A stretch of 62,000 bases of DNA from Chiloscyllium plagiosum (lineage: Eukaryota): assembly GCF_004010195.1 (NCBI RefSeq), contig NC_057754.1, positions 9,953,562 through 10,015,561 of the forward strand, given 5' to 3'. Shown piece by piece: positions 51,001 to 61,754 of the stretch. Position numbers and translations under genes: made by a program. Below the pieces are notes generated by a model. That model ran no database searches, was not told the origin of the DNA, and saw only the letters and a program-made list of their open reading frames with translations. Positions within the stretch are counted from its first letter, which is position 1. Each line of letters begins with the position of its first letter.

Positions 51001-51740
51001 GCTGTAATGCTATCCATTATCAAAAACACCACTCCCCCTCCTCTCTTGCCTCCCTTTCTATCCTTCCTGTAGCATTTGTATTCTGAAACATTAAGCTGCC
51101 AATCCTATCCACCCCTGAGCCACATTTCTGTAATTGCTATGAGATCCAAGTCCCATGTTCCTAACCATGCCCTGAGTTCCCCTGCCTTCCCTGTTAGCCC
51201 TCTTGCATTGAAATAAATGCAGTTTAATTTACCAGTCCTACCTTGCTCTCTGCTTTGTCCCTGCCTGCCCTGTTTGACTTGCTTCTTTTCTCAACTGTAC
51301 CAGTCTCAGATTGATCTTTTTCCTCACTATCTCCCTGGCTCTCACCCCATCCCCCTTAAGTTTATTGTGAGGGAGTGTGTGTGTGTGACTGTGCTTGAAA
51401 GGGAGTATAAGGGAATATATGCCTGAGAGAATGTGAGTGCAAATGTGTGTGTATGAGAGAGGGTCTGCTTGTGCATGTGTTGTGAGAGAGTGAAAGTGTC
51501 AAGTAGTATGTGCATGTGTGAGTGTGTATGAGAGAGGGTCTGTGCGTGTGTGATTGTGTGACAGTGATTATGTCAAGGAGTAGCTGCCTGTGCGAGAATG
51601 TGAAAGTATGTGTGCATGAGAGAGTCTGTGCGAGTGTGTGTCAGGGAGTACATGTATATGCATGCGTGTCTGTTAGAGTGTATAGTGTGGTGGGGTCACC
51701 TGTAATGTAACATGAAACCAAGATCCCGGTTGAGGCTGTT
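48003..51740 (-). mobile_element. PLE family C 3' part (48003-48620 and 51362-51740) split by a CR1
   Basis: Homologous to 25351-26140 (AAAAATCACA..ACACCAGGTT, CAGACACAGAATTTATAG, GT-rich tract, GGGGTCACCT...TCCCGGTTGAGGC). Confidence 0.8.
48621..51360 (-). mobile_element. CR1 (HER1-like) ORF2, most of its length, with frameshifts and an internal deletion
   Basis: 311-aa RT ORF 48699-49634 and KSPGPDQVYP in ORF 49749-50054; endonuclease remnants up to ~51230. Confidence 0.92.
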
Positions 51741-51779
51741 CTGAATGAACAATGAACCTTCTCCAGAACAGTCCGCATC

Positions 51780-52270
51780 ATAATCGTAGCTCGGCCCCGC
51801 CCCTCTTTCATTCCGATTGGCTGGAGGACCAGTGATCTGGCTCAGACCTCCAGCCGCGCCACCCACCTTCTCTTGGCTGGGAGCTGAGCATGCGTTATAC
51901 GAGGCTTAGGGCTGAAACATCGCAGTGCCGGCGAACTGGTCTGCCGGGTGAGTGGAGCGGACAGGCGCCGGTGATTCTGTTGGACGGCAACGCTCAAAGT
52001 TCGCATAAGAAACTCCAGATTCGGCGTTTGTCAGTTGCAGGTTTGCCTCAGACAACAGGCCCCGAGTTAAGGGCTTGTGCCCGAAACGTCGATTTTACTG
52101 CTCCTCGGATGCTGCCTGAACTGCTGTGCTCTTCCAGCACCACTGATCCAGAACCCGAGTTAACGGCCGCCGGGGTTGAGAGCGCGCACATAGCCGCCAT
52201 CTTTAATGAGAGCACGGCTCTGCAGAACGCATGCGCGGCACCGAGCGTCATGGAAGCTGGCAAACCCGGA
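51780..52270 (+). promoter_or_regulatory. CpG island promoter and non-coding first exon of the downstream ZNF
   Basis: GC box 51795-51803, ATTGG 51816-51820, NRF1-like TGAGCATGCG ~51885 and CGCATGCGC ~52228, YY1-like GCCGCCATCTT 52193-52203; consensus donor CGG|GTGAGT at 51947/51948. Confidence 0.75.
52071..52153 (+). mobile_element. 83-bp PLE family A fragment with 10-bp TSD
   Basis: TSD CCCGAGTTAA at 52061-52070 and 52154-52163; insert starts at hammerhead stem II (GGGCTTGTGCCCGAAACGTC). Confidence 0.85.
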
Positions 52271-52329
52271 TGAAGAGCCCAGTGAAACAATGAGAGATTT
52301 TTCCCACACTCTGTTGTAAAGCTTGAGGC

Positions 52330-53095
52330 GACAACAACAACAACTTATATTTTAATACCGCCTTAGACATAATAAGCCATCCCAGTGCATTTCACAGAAA
52401 AGAGGTAAAGCAAGTTGTCCCCTAAAGCCACATGAAGCGATATCGTGGCAGATGATCACACACTTGGGCAAAAAAAACTTCAGTTTTAAGGAGAAAATTG
52501 GGGGAGGGAATACCAGAACTTGGCACCGAGGCAATTGAAGCTGTAGCCACCAATGATGGATCAATAAAAGTTGGGGATGCTAAAGGCCGGAATTAGAGTA
52601 GCCCAGATATTTCGGACGGTTTTTGTGGGGTCGGGGGGTTCGCAGAAATGAGGGGTGGGCCGCGGGGGAATTTGATAAAAACGAGAATTTTAAAGTCAGG
52701 ATGTTAGTTGAATGGGAGCTGGTGTACGTCAGCAAACGCAGGACTCAAGACTTTAAATTTCCAGATGTGGAAGATCGTTGAGCACAGCATTGAAGTAGTT
52801 AAGCGTTGAGGTAACAAAGGTATGAATAAGGGTTTCAGTAGCAACTACATTGAGGTAGGAACAGGCGCGAATGAGATAACTGGTGGAAACAGGCAGTCTT
52901 AATACAGATATAAGATCAGAAGCTCCTCTCAGAATCAAATGTAACACCATGTTGTGCACAGCCTGGCTGAATATCAGTGTTGCCAGAGTGAGGAATTGAG
53001 GCAGTAGCTCAGGAATGAAAATTGGAGCAGGAACTGGAAACGGTGGCTTCATTCTTCCCAATATTTAATTGGAGTTAATTAATCTGCATGAAGAG
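52330..53095 (-). mobile_element. L2 LINE 3' fragment
   Basis: ETLIHTFVTSTLNYFNAVLNDLP (L2 post-RT motif); 3' end CTGTGAAATGCACTGGGATG...AAGTTGTTGTTGTTG. Confidence 0.78.
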
Positions 53096-53148
53096 AGTCA
53101 GAAACCAGAATAGGCCAAGAGGGTGATTCCAGGTTTAATTTAGTTTGA

Positions 53149-53372
53149 GTTGAAAAGTGTGGTGCTGGAAAAACACTGCAGGCCAGGCAGCATCCAAAGA
53201 GCAGGAGAATCGACATTTCTGGCATAAGCCCTTCTTCAGGCCACACTTGGGCTTATGCCCGAAACGTCGATTCTCCTGCTCTTTGGATGCTGCCTGGCCT
53301 GCTGTTTTTTTCCAGCACCACACCTTTCAACTCTGGTCTCCAGCATCTGCAGTCCTCACTTTCTCCTAGTTC
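53149..53372. mobile_element. Palindromic PLE family A insertion with ~11-bp TSD
   Basis: TSD ATTTAGTTTGA at 53138-53148 and 53373-53383; arms ~53149-53231 and ~53249-53331. Confidence 0.85.
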
Positions 53373-54331
53373 ATTTAGTTTGAATCAGAGAGAAGGAGCA
53401 GTTGGGGATATGGATATAGAAATTTCAGCCCTGAAGATAGATTGGAGATGGCTAATAGATTTTGTGCAAGTTTTCAAAATAATGAGGGATCTGGACAGAG
53501 CAGATAGTGAGAAACTGTTTGCTCTGGTAAATGCATTGAGTGCAGATTTCAAATAATTTACAAAAGTCAAAAATATGATAGGAGAAAAGATCTTTATCAT
53601 GCAGCTAGTAATTAGAATCTGGAATGTAACACATGGAACTGTTTAGGCAGATTCAGTCAAAGTCATTATATTATTATTTGGCTAGACACAATGTATGAGA
53701 TGACAGAATCATCAGCAGAATGGCATAAGTGTCAGAGTGCTAATTCAGAGAATCCCACAACCAAAATGGGCTGAATGGCCTCCTTCTGTGCCATAGCAGT
53801 TTCGTGTTTCATGATTACTCGTTGCTGACAGTTGGTTATGAACATAAGACTGTTTTTCTCCTACTGTGTATGGTCAGTCAACGACGATCAGACTAATGTT
53901 TTGCAGTGAGTAATGATTGAAGTGAATCATCAGAGATATTGCTCTCTTTAGACGTACTTTTTTAAAAAAATCTGTTCAGAAAGAATTATCCAAAACTTTA
54001 TTTGGATTTCAACAGACATCTTTGAGAGAACAAGAAAGGAAAGATATTCCTCAAAAGCTGGAATTGTTTGTTTTAGATTTCTATCAGGTGCTCCCAGTGC
54101 TGACTTTTATCAATTTCTATTCCAGGATGTTAGAAAGAGAGAATTTGTTGATTGGAAACCTGAACTGTACATCACACCAAGATCCGAGAAGTCACTCAAT
54201 TCATCAGCACCTGAATGTTACATGCACAGATACTGGGCACTGATACCTGAATGGAAAGAGTTTACTGGTTTCACAACCTGAGAGTGTGTGTGAAAGAACT
54301 TACTGTGGAAAGAGATTTATAAAGTTAAAGT

Positions 54332-54490
54332 CAGAGAGAGAGAGAGAGAGAGACAAGAGGGGGTGGAATTAACCTGAGGGTCACTGTGCCTCAAGTGAGA
54401 AGCAAGATTAAGAAAATGGGATTTTCATGATAACATCAATTAGTACAGGAATTGAACCTGTGCTGTTGGCATCTCTCTGCATCAAAAATC
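54332..54490 (-). mobile_element. SINE fragment with (GA)n tract in the presumed ZNF 5' UTR
   Basis: Reverse-complement similarity to 18495-18690; B-box-like GGTTCAATTCCTG on the minus strand. Confidence 0.55.
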
Positions 54491-54639
54491 ACATGGTACA
54501 GGACACCCAGAAAGAGTTTTAGCCAGTTTAACACAACACCGTGAAAACATCACACCACAGTGGGGTGAAACCTGTCCTGTACCTGACCAAAGCTCGAGCT
54601 TATATTTCAACTAGGAAATCCACAAGGATTTCCTGCATC

Positions 54640-56397
54640 ATGGAGAAACCTTGGAAATGTGAGAACTGTGGGAAGGGCTTCAGATACCCATCCAGGCTGG
54701 AATATCATCGACGCAGTCACAGTGGGGCTAATACTGTGGAAAAACGATGGAAATGTGAGGATTGCGGAAAAGGCTTTGATTATCCCTGTCTGCTAGAAAC
54801 CCATCAACGCATTCACAGTGGGGTCAGGCCATTTATCTGCTGTGTGTGTGGAAAAGGATTTACAAACTCATCCAGCCTCATGTTACACCAGCAAACTCAC
54901 AGTGATGAGAGGCCGTTCATTTGTTCAGTGTGTGGGAAGGGGTTTGCTAAGTCAGCGAACCTCATGTTACATCAGCGAATTCACACTGGGGAGAGGCCAT
55001 TCAACTGCATGTACTGTGGAAAGAGGTTCAGGCAGTCATCCGCCCTCTCTGCACACCAGCGAATTCACACTGGGGAGAAGCCATTCACCTGCTCAGTATG
55101 TGGGAAGGCATTTGCTCAGTCATCCAGTCTCCAGTCACACCAGCAAATGCACAACAGGAAGAGACTAATCAGTGACACTTGCTGCAGAAAAAAGTTGTTG
55201 AAGTCTTCAGCTAACCCTATGTCATACCAGCAAGAAAAAACTGGACAGAGACCATTCACCTGCTCCATATGTGGGAAGGGATTTACTCAGTCAGCCAGCC
55301 TCATGTCACACCAGAGAATTCACACCAAACAGATGCCATTCAGTTGTACTCACTGTGGGAAGAGATTCAGATCTTCATCCAACCTCAGTGCACACCAGCG
55401 AATTCACACTGGGGAGAAGCCATTCATCTGCTGTGTGTGTCGTAAGAGATTCACTCAGTCATCCAACCTGGTGGTACACCAGCGAATTCACACTGGAGAG
55501 AGACCATTCATCTGCACTGAGTGTGGAATGGGATTCACTCGGTCAGCAAGCCTCATATTGCACCAGCGAATTCACACTGAGGAGAAGCCATTCAGCTGCA
55601 CTCACTGTGGAAAAAGTTTCAGGCAGTCATCCACCCTCACTGAACACCAACACACACACACTGGAGAGAGACCATTCATATGCTCTGAATGTGGGAAGGG
55701 ATTCACTCGTTCAGCCCGCCTCATGTCACACCAGCGAATTCACAATGGAGAGAAGCCATTCAGCTGCACTCACTGTGGAAAGGGATTCAGCCAGACTTCC
55801 GACCTGACTGCACATCAGCGGATTCACACTGGGGAAAAGCCATTTATCTGTTCTGTGTGCAGCAAAGGATTCACTCATTCATCTGGCCTTTGGTCACACA
55901 AGCGAGTTCACACTGGGGAGAAGCCATTCATTTGCACTGTGTGTGGCAAAGGATTTACTCATTCATCTGGCCTTTCATCACACAAGCGAGTTCACACTGG
56001 AGAAAAGACATTCATCTGCTCTGTGTGTGGCAAAGGATACATTCATGCATCTGGCCTTTGGTCACACAAGCAAGTTCACACTGGAGAGAAGCCATTTGTC
56101 TGCCCCATTTGTGGGAAGGGATTCACTCTTTATTCCAGCCTTTGGTCACACAAACAAATTCATGCTGAGGAGAAGCAATTTAGCTGTGTTGCTTGTGGAA
56201 AGAAGTTTGGGTCTGCATCCTATCTCAATGTACACAAGCGTGTTCACACTGGGGAAAGGCCATTCACCTGCTCCACATGTGGAAAAGGATTCACTCGGTC
56301 ATCCAATTTGCTGAGACATCAGCGAGTTTATAAGCATCTGCAGCGTTTGGATTCAACTGATATTGCTGTTGCAAATCACAGCAGTGATAATTTTTGA
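54640..56397 (+). CDS. Tandem C2H2 zinc-finger protein (~585 aa): 18 canonical fingers, one degenerate internal unit and a final finger ending in Tyr; no KRAB/SCAN/BTB
   Basis: Uninterrupted ORF; first in-frame ATG at 54640 (ATCATGG); acceptor TTTCTATTCCAG at 54125; TGA at 56395-56397. Confidence 0.93.
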   Translation: MEKPWKCENCGKGFRYPSRLEYHRRSHSGANTVEKRWKCEDCGKGFDYPCLLETHQRIHSGVRPFICCVCGKGFTNSSSLMLHQQTHSDERPFICSVCGKGFAKSANLMLHQRIHTGERPFNCMYCGKRFRQSSALSAHQRIHTGEKPFTCSVCGKAFAQSSSLQSHQQMHNRKRLISDTCCRKKLLKSSANPMSYQQEKTGQRPFTCSICGKGFTQSASLMSHQRIHTKQMPFSCTHCGKRFRSSSNLSAHQRIHTGEKPFICCVCRKRFTQSSNLVVHQRIHTGERPFICTECGMGFTRSASLILHQRIHTEEKPFSCTHCGKSFRQSSTLTEHQHTHTGERPFICSECGKGFTRSARLMSHQRIHNGEKPFSCTHCGKGFSQTSDLTAHQRIHTGEKPFICSVCSKGFTHSSGLWSHKRVHTGEKPFICTVCGKGFTHSSGLSSHKRVHTGEKTFICSVCGKGYIHASGLWSHKQVHTGEKPFVCPICGKGFTLYSSLWSHKQIHAEEKQFSCVACGKKFGSASYLNVHKRVHTGERPFTCSTCGKGFTRSSNLLRHQRVYKHLQRLDSTDIAVANHSSDNF

Positions 56398-57384
56398 GAC
56401 AAAGTGCTTGACAACGGGAGATTTGGAAGTTATTTCTAAACCGATTGCAAGTACTTCAGCCTCTGCTCTACAGACAATACATTACATCAAGATTAGATTG
56501 AACAGTAAAGTTCCGCTGGTGCTCCTGAATGAGAATGAATTAGATCTTCCACTCAGTCAATAACAAACCATAACTCTGAGTAAGAGATGGAGAGCATCAC
56601 AACAGTGAGTGGCAATTGAATAAGTGAATAAAGGATGGAGAACATTGCATCAGCGAGTAGGAATAACTCACAAAGTAAAAGATTGATGGAATATTGGATG
56701 GCATATGCCATGTGACATGTGTGGTGTAATTAACGTGGGAAAAGCATGGTGAACCTGCCTGAAAGAATTGGTCCCAGACATTCTCAGTAACATAACAACA
56801 GAACACCACTGAGTAATTATTGTGGATTGTGGCTGAGATACCATTTTAAATTCTGGATATTGACACATACTCCACAGAGAGAAAATTGACTGTAATCCAA
56901 TTGGGAGAGAAATAAACCAAACTAGATTGTGAAAATAACCTCAAAGTGGATGCAGATCAACAGAGAGGTGGCAAATCTTTAAAATCCACATTGGAACTTT
57001 ATTTAAACCATTTGGATTTATGACATGCAAATGATATAGAATTGTACGAATCAAGCTCCAGTTAGGGAGAATTAATCAAAGTTGACAGTTATCACATTTT
57101 ACTGGAAATGTTTTGACATCTGTTTATGGAGGCAGCTCAAGGGTTTTTCTGATTCGATCATTGTTGCAGCTATAGTCTGTTAGTTACAGTACATAACAAA
57201 TAAAAATAACCAGCTCCAAGTTTCAAACTAATTGGGTTACTCAGAAATCTGTTGTAAAAGGTCAATAAGGAGTTTCCCTTCTCAAGACCTGTAATAAATT
57301 GTCAGATGAAATTGTAACATTTGAATAAACATATTGAATATTAGAGGAAGCTCCCTATGTCTCACACAGATGTTGTTCATCTGA

Positions 57385-58997
57385 AGACAGTTCTGTATCC
57401 AAATGGCTAGTTCTCCCTGTATTCTGTGAGATCTAACCTTGTTAACTAGTCTACCATGAGGAACCTTGTTGAACACCTTACTTATCCATATAGATCACGG
57501 TCACCGCTCTGCCCTTAATCCTCTTTGTTAGTTCTTCAATCAAGTTCGTGAGATATGATTTACCATGCACAAAGCCATGCTGACAATCCCTAATCAGTCC
57601 TTGACTTTCCAAATACATGTAAATCCTGTACCTTAGGATTCCCTCCAAAAACTTGCCCACCGCTGATGTCAGGCTCACCAGTCTATTGTACCTTGGTTTT
57701 TCCTTACCACCTTTCTTAAATAGTGGCACTACATTAGCCAACCTCCAGTCTTCTGGCACCTCACCTGTGACTATCGATGATACAAATATCTCAGCAAGGG
57801 GCCCAGCAATCATTTCCCTAGCTTCCCATAGAGTTCTAGTGTATACCTGATCAGGTCCTGGAGATTTATCCACTTTTATGCATTTCAAGGAATCCAGCAC
57901 CACCACCTCTGTAATATGTACATTTTTCAAGATGTCACCATCTATTTCCCCACATTCTATCTCTTCTGTTTCCTTCTGCACAACAAACACTGATGCAAAA
58001 TATACATTTGGTACCTCCTCCCTCTCCTGCGGCTCCACACAAAGGCCACCTTGCTGATCTTTGAGAGGCCCTATTCTCTCCCTAGTTACTCCTTTGTCCT
58101 TATAAAATCCCTTTGGATTCTCCTTAACCCTGTTTGCCAAAGCTATCTCATGTCCCCTTTTTGTCCTCCTAATTTCCCTCTTAAGTATACTCCTACTGCC
58201 TTTCTCCTGTTGTAAGGATTCACTCGATCTCTCCTGACATATGCTTCCTTTTTCTTAAGCAAAACCTCAATTTCTCCAATCATCATTCCCTACACCTACC
58301 AGCCTTGCCTTTCACCCTAACAGGAATATACTGTATCTGGACTCTCGTTATCTCATTTTTGAAGGCATCCCATTTTCCAGCCATCCCTTTACCTGCAAAC
58401 ATCTGCCCCCCTATCAGCTTTTGAAAGTTCTTGCCTAATACTGTCAAAATTGACCTCCTTCCAATTTCGAACTCCAACTTTTAGATCCTGATTATCCTTT
58501 TCCATCACTACTTTAAAACTAATAGAATTATGGTCGCTAGCCCCAAAGTGCTCCCTCACTGACACCTCAGTCACCTCCCCTGCCTTTTTCCCAAGAGTAG
58601 GTCAGGTTTTGTACCTTCTCTAGTAGGTACATCCACATACCCAAAATCAGACAATTTTCTTGTACACACTTAACAAATTCCTCTCCATCTAAACCCTTAA
58701 CACTATGGCTTTCCCAGTCTATGTTTGAAAAGTTACAATCCCCCACCATAACCACCCTATTATTCTTATAGATAACTGTAGTCTCCTTACAAATTTGTTT
58801 CTCAGTTTCCTGCAGTCTATTAGGGGGACTATAATACAATCCCTTTCTTATTTCTGTCATTCCACCCTCAAGGTATTCCTAGGATTATCCTCCCTAAGTA
58901 CGGCTTTAATTCTATCCCTTATCAACCTGCCACTCCCCCTCCTCTCTTGCCCCCCTTTCTATTCTTCCTATGGCATTTGTATCCTGGAACATTAAGC
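57385..58997 (-). mobile_element. CR1 ORF2 5' half (same family as 48621-51360)
   Basis: 220-aa ORF 57478-58140: KSPGPDQVYTRTL...VPEDWRLANVVPLFKKG; GASDHNSI endonuclease motif. Confidence 0.9.
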
Positions 58998-59520
58998 TAG
59001 AACATTACAGAACAGAAAAAGGCCCTTGGACCACCATGACTTTGCTGTCCATGGTGCCATTCTAAATTAATCCCAGCACATGGTCCATATCCCTCTATCC
59101 CCTGCCTGTTGGTGTGTCTGTCTAAATGCTTCTTAAACTTTGTCATTGTATCACCTTCCTTCCAGGCACCTACCACATTCTGTAAAAAAACTTGTCTCAC
59201 ACACCTCTTTTAAACTTTTCCCCTCTCACTTTAAACCAATCCTTCCTAGTATTTGACACTTCCACCCACATTTCCAATCCTCTCATTCGTTGTAATTGTC
59301 TCAGGTTGGTACTCAGCCTCTGCAGCTTGAGCCAAAACAATCCAAGTTTGTCTTTTTATTATAGCTAATATACTCCAATCCAGGCAACATTCTGGTCAAT
59401 CTTTGCACCCTCCCCAAAATCCTTGAATGTGGTACCACATCAGCACACAATTCTCCAAATGTGAGCTAACTAAACGTCTATACAGCTGCAACATGATTGC
59501 CAACTTTTATAATCTGACTA
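58998..59520 (-). mobile_element. CR1 3' fragment
   Basis: FKKHLDRHTNRQGIEGYG in ORF 58997-59200 plus 3' UTR. Confidence 0.8.
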
Positions 59521-59867
59521 ATGAAAGCAGCATTGCGGCACATGTCTGCTGACAAGAATCCTTTTTAACTCTGAGGGTCTGAACTTCTTTTTAGTTCTGA
59601 CAACTTGAAAACTTTGATACAAACGTTTCCAGATTAGAGGCTTCATCAAAAGAAACTCTTGCCCTGAACAGAAAACTTCACTCACCTGCTCCACAGTCAA
59701 AACTAAGCTCATGGCTTTGGATCTGTTTTTCTCAGTGCTTTGAACTCAGCACTTTATACACTTTACCCATTTACAACACATGTCCTGCAAGACACTTGAT
59801 CAAGTCACATTTGTTATGGAAGTTATGTCTTTAGGTCACTGTTCCAAATGACTGAAGGCTTGAAAAA

Positions 59868-59995
59868 GTGAAGGGCTCCTGCCTGAAATGTCGATTTTCC
59901 TGCTTCGTGGATGCTGCCTGACCTGCTGTGCATTTCCAGCACCACTCTAATCTTGACTCTAATCTCCAGCATTTACAGTCCTCAAGTTCGCCTTC
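59868..59995 (+). mobile_element. PLE family A terminal fragment
   Basis: GTGAAGGGCTCCTGCCTGAAATGTCGATTTTCCTGCT...CCAGCACCACTCTAATCTTGACT. Confidence 0.78.
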
Positions 59996-60780
59996 AAAAA
60001 AATGATGACCATTATAGAACTGAAACTAAAACCCACCTATCTCCACCCTAAAAATCCAGATGAAAACAACTCTTAGTTAGACATTCATGCGATACCAGTG
60101 TCATGGGCATTACCTACAGTTGATTGCCATGTCAATCAGTCCTTGAATTACTTGCTAGGCACTTTCAGAGGACATTTAAGAGTCAACTACATATCTGTAT
60201 AGGCCAAAACATGTGGGACAGATCAGGTAAGGATAGCAGATTTCTTTCCCTAACATTTTATTGAGTCAGCTATTCGGTTGTCCATCTTGCTGAAACATAA
60301 GAAAGATTACAATGGGCAATGACCATTCACCAACTACACATGTTGAAATTAATTCACTTACCTATTCCATCTGTTGAGACATAAGCGACATCACAAGTAA
60401 CTACAGTTGCAAATGTAATATCTCAGATATTTTTTATTTCTTTTTGAAATGTTCTCACTCTTCCCCCACCACCCCATCCTCACCTCTGACAATAAATGAG
60501 AGGAGCTTCTGCAGCTTCTCTGTCACTAATATTAAAACAGTCCAATCAGCTCCTCTGGTGTTCCCCACAGCTCCACTAGGTACAAGGCCTTCTTAACCAA
60601 AACCAGAATTCAGATCTTTCTGCAATTATTGCCTGCCCAGTCAGGGATCACCTTGTCCATGAGGTCCACATTTTCAGCTTCATTGGCCTTATTCGCATTA
60701 AACTACCAATCATCCAATTTCCCAATGCTTACTGATACTATTATTGATCCTCTCTCTTTTCTAGCTCTATCTCCGTATTT

Positions 60781-61105
60781 TTAGATTAGATTAGATTAGA
60801 TTACTTACAGTGTGGAAACAGGCCCTTCGGCCCAACAAGTCCACACAGACCCGCCGAAGCGCAACCCACCCATTCCCCTACATTTACTCCTTTTACCTAA
60901 CACTACGGGCAATTTAGCATGGCCAATTCACCTAACCTGCACATCTTTGAACTGTGGGAGGAAACCGGAGCACCCGAAGGAAACCCACGCAGACACGGGG
61001 AGAATGTGCAAACTCCACACAGTCAGTCGCCTGAGGCGGGAATTGAACCCGGGTCTCTGGCGCTGTGAGGCAGCAGTGCTAACCACTGTGCCACTGTGCC
61101 GCCCA
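60781..61105 (-). mobile_element. Young HE1-type SINE
   Basis: CpGs largely retained; (TTAGA)n tail on +; flanking CCGTAT repeats at 60773-60778 and 61106-61111. Confidence 0.92.
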
Positions 61106-61274
61106 CCGTATCCTTGTGATTCATCATCATCAGCCACTCTCAAAAATATAATCCTTGATCCCATCTTCTACACATATTATTGTCTAATCTCAGACCTCAT
61201 TCCTTCCGTGGTGTCCTCCTTGCCCCCTCTTATTCCTCATCTACACGCTGCCATGAGGTGACATCATCCAAAAG

Positions 61275-61752
61275 CACATAGAACATAGGACAGCACAGCA
61301 AGAGAATGGGCCCTTTGGCCCACAATATTGTGCCAAACATGATGCCAAATTAAACTGATCCCTTCTGCGTAGCTGGTCCCTACACCTCCATTGCTTGCAT
61401 ATTCAAGTGCTTGTCTGCAAGACCCCTTAAACACCCCTATCTTATCTGCCTCCACCTTCAGCCCTGGCAGTGTGTTCCACATTCCTACCACTTTGTGTAA
61501 AAAAAGTGCCCCTCACATCTATTTTGAATTTTCCTCCTCCCACCTTAAATGGATGCCTCTTGCTATTAGACATTTCAACTCCGGGGAACATATTCTGACT
61601 GTCAACCCTATCTATGCATCTCATAATTTTATAGACTTCTATCAAGTCTTTCCTCAGTCTCCACCTAAGTTTTACTAGCCGCTACTGATTGCTCATAATC
61701 TCTAAGCAAGGCAGCATCCTGGTAAACCTCTCCAAAGTATCCACATCCTTTA
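61275..61752 (-). mobile_element. CR1 3' fragment
   Basis: IEVYKIMRCIDRVDSQ in ORF 61442-61645. Confidence 0.85.
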
Positions 61753-61754
61753 GG

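Noticed and set aside
54016..54087. Extra small exon upstream of the ZNF acceptor
   Set aside because: Weak donor and the implied intron would be only 38 nt.
54541..54639. 33-aa N-terminal extension of the large ZNF ORF
   Set aside because: Begins at GTG; the first ATG with good context is 54640, and no splice evidence makes the extension coding.
55271..56314. Overlapping alternative-frame ORFs within the ZNF
   Set aside because: Expected by-product of repetitive zinc-finger codons (HTSEFTL-type shadow frames).
59686..59784. Possible minus-strand exon ending in a perfect CAG|GTGAGT donor
   Set aside because: Weak acceptor, stops in all three frames and no partner exons identified.
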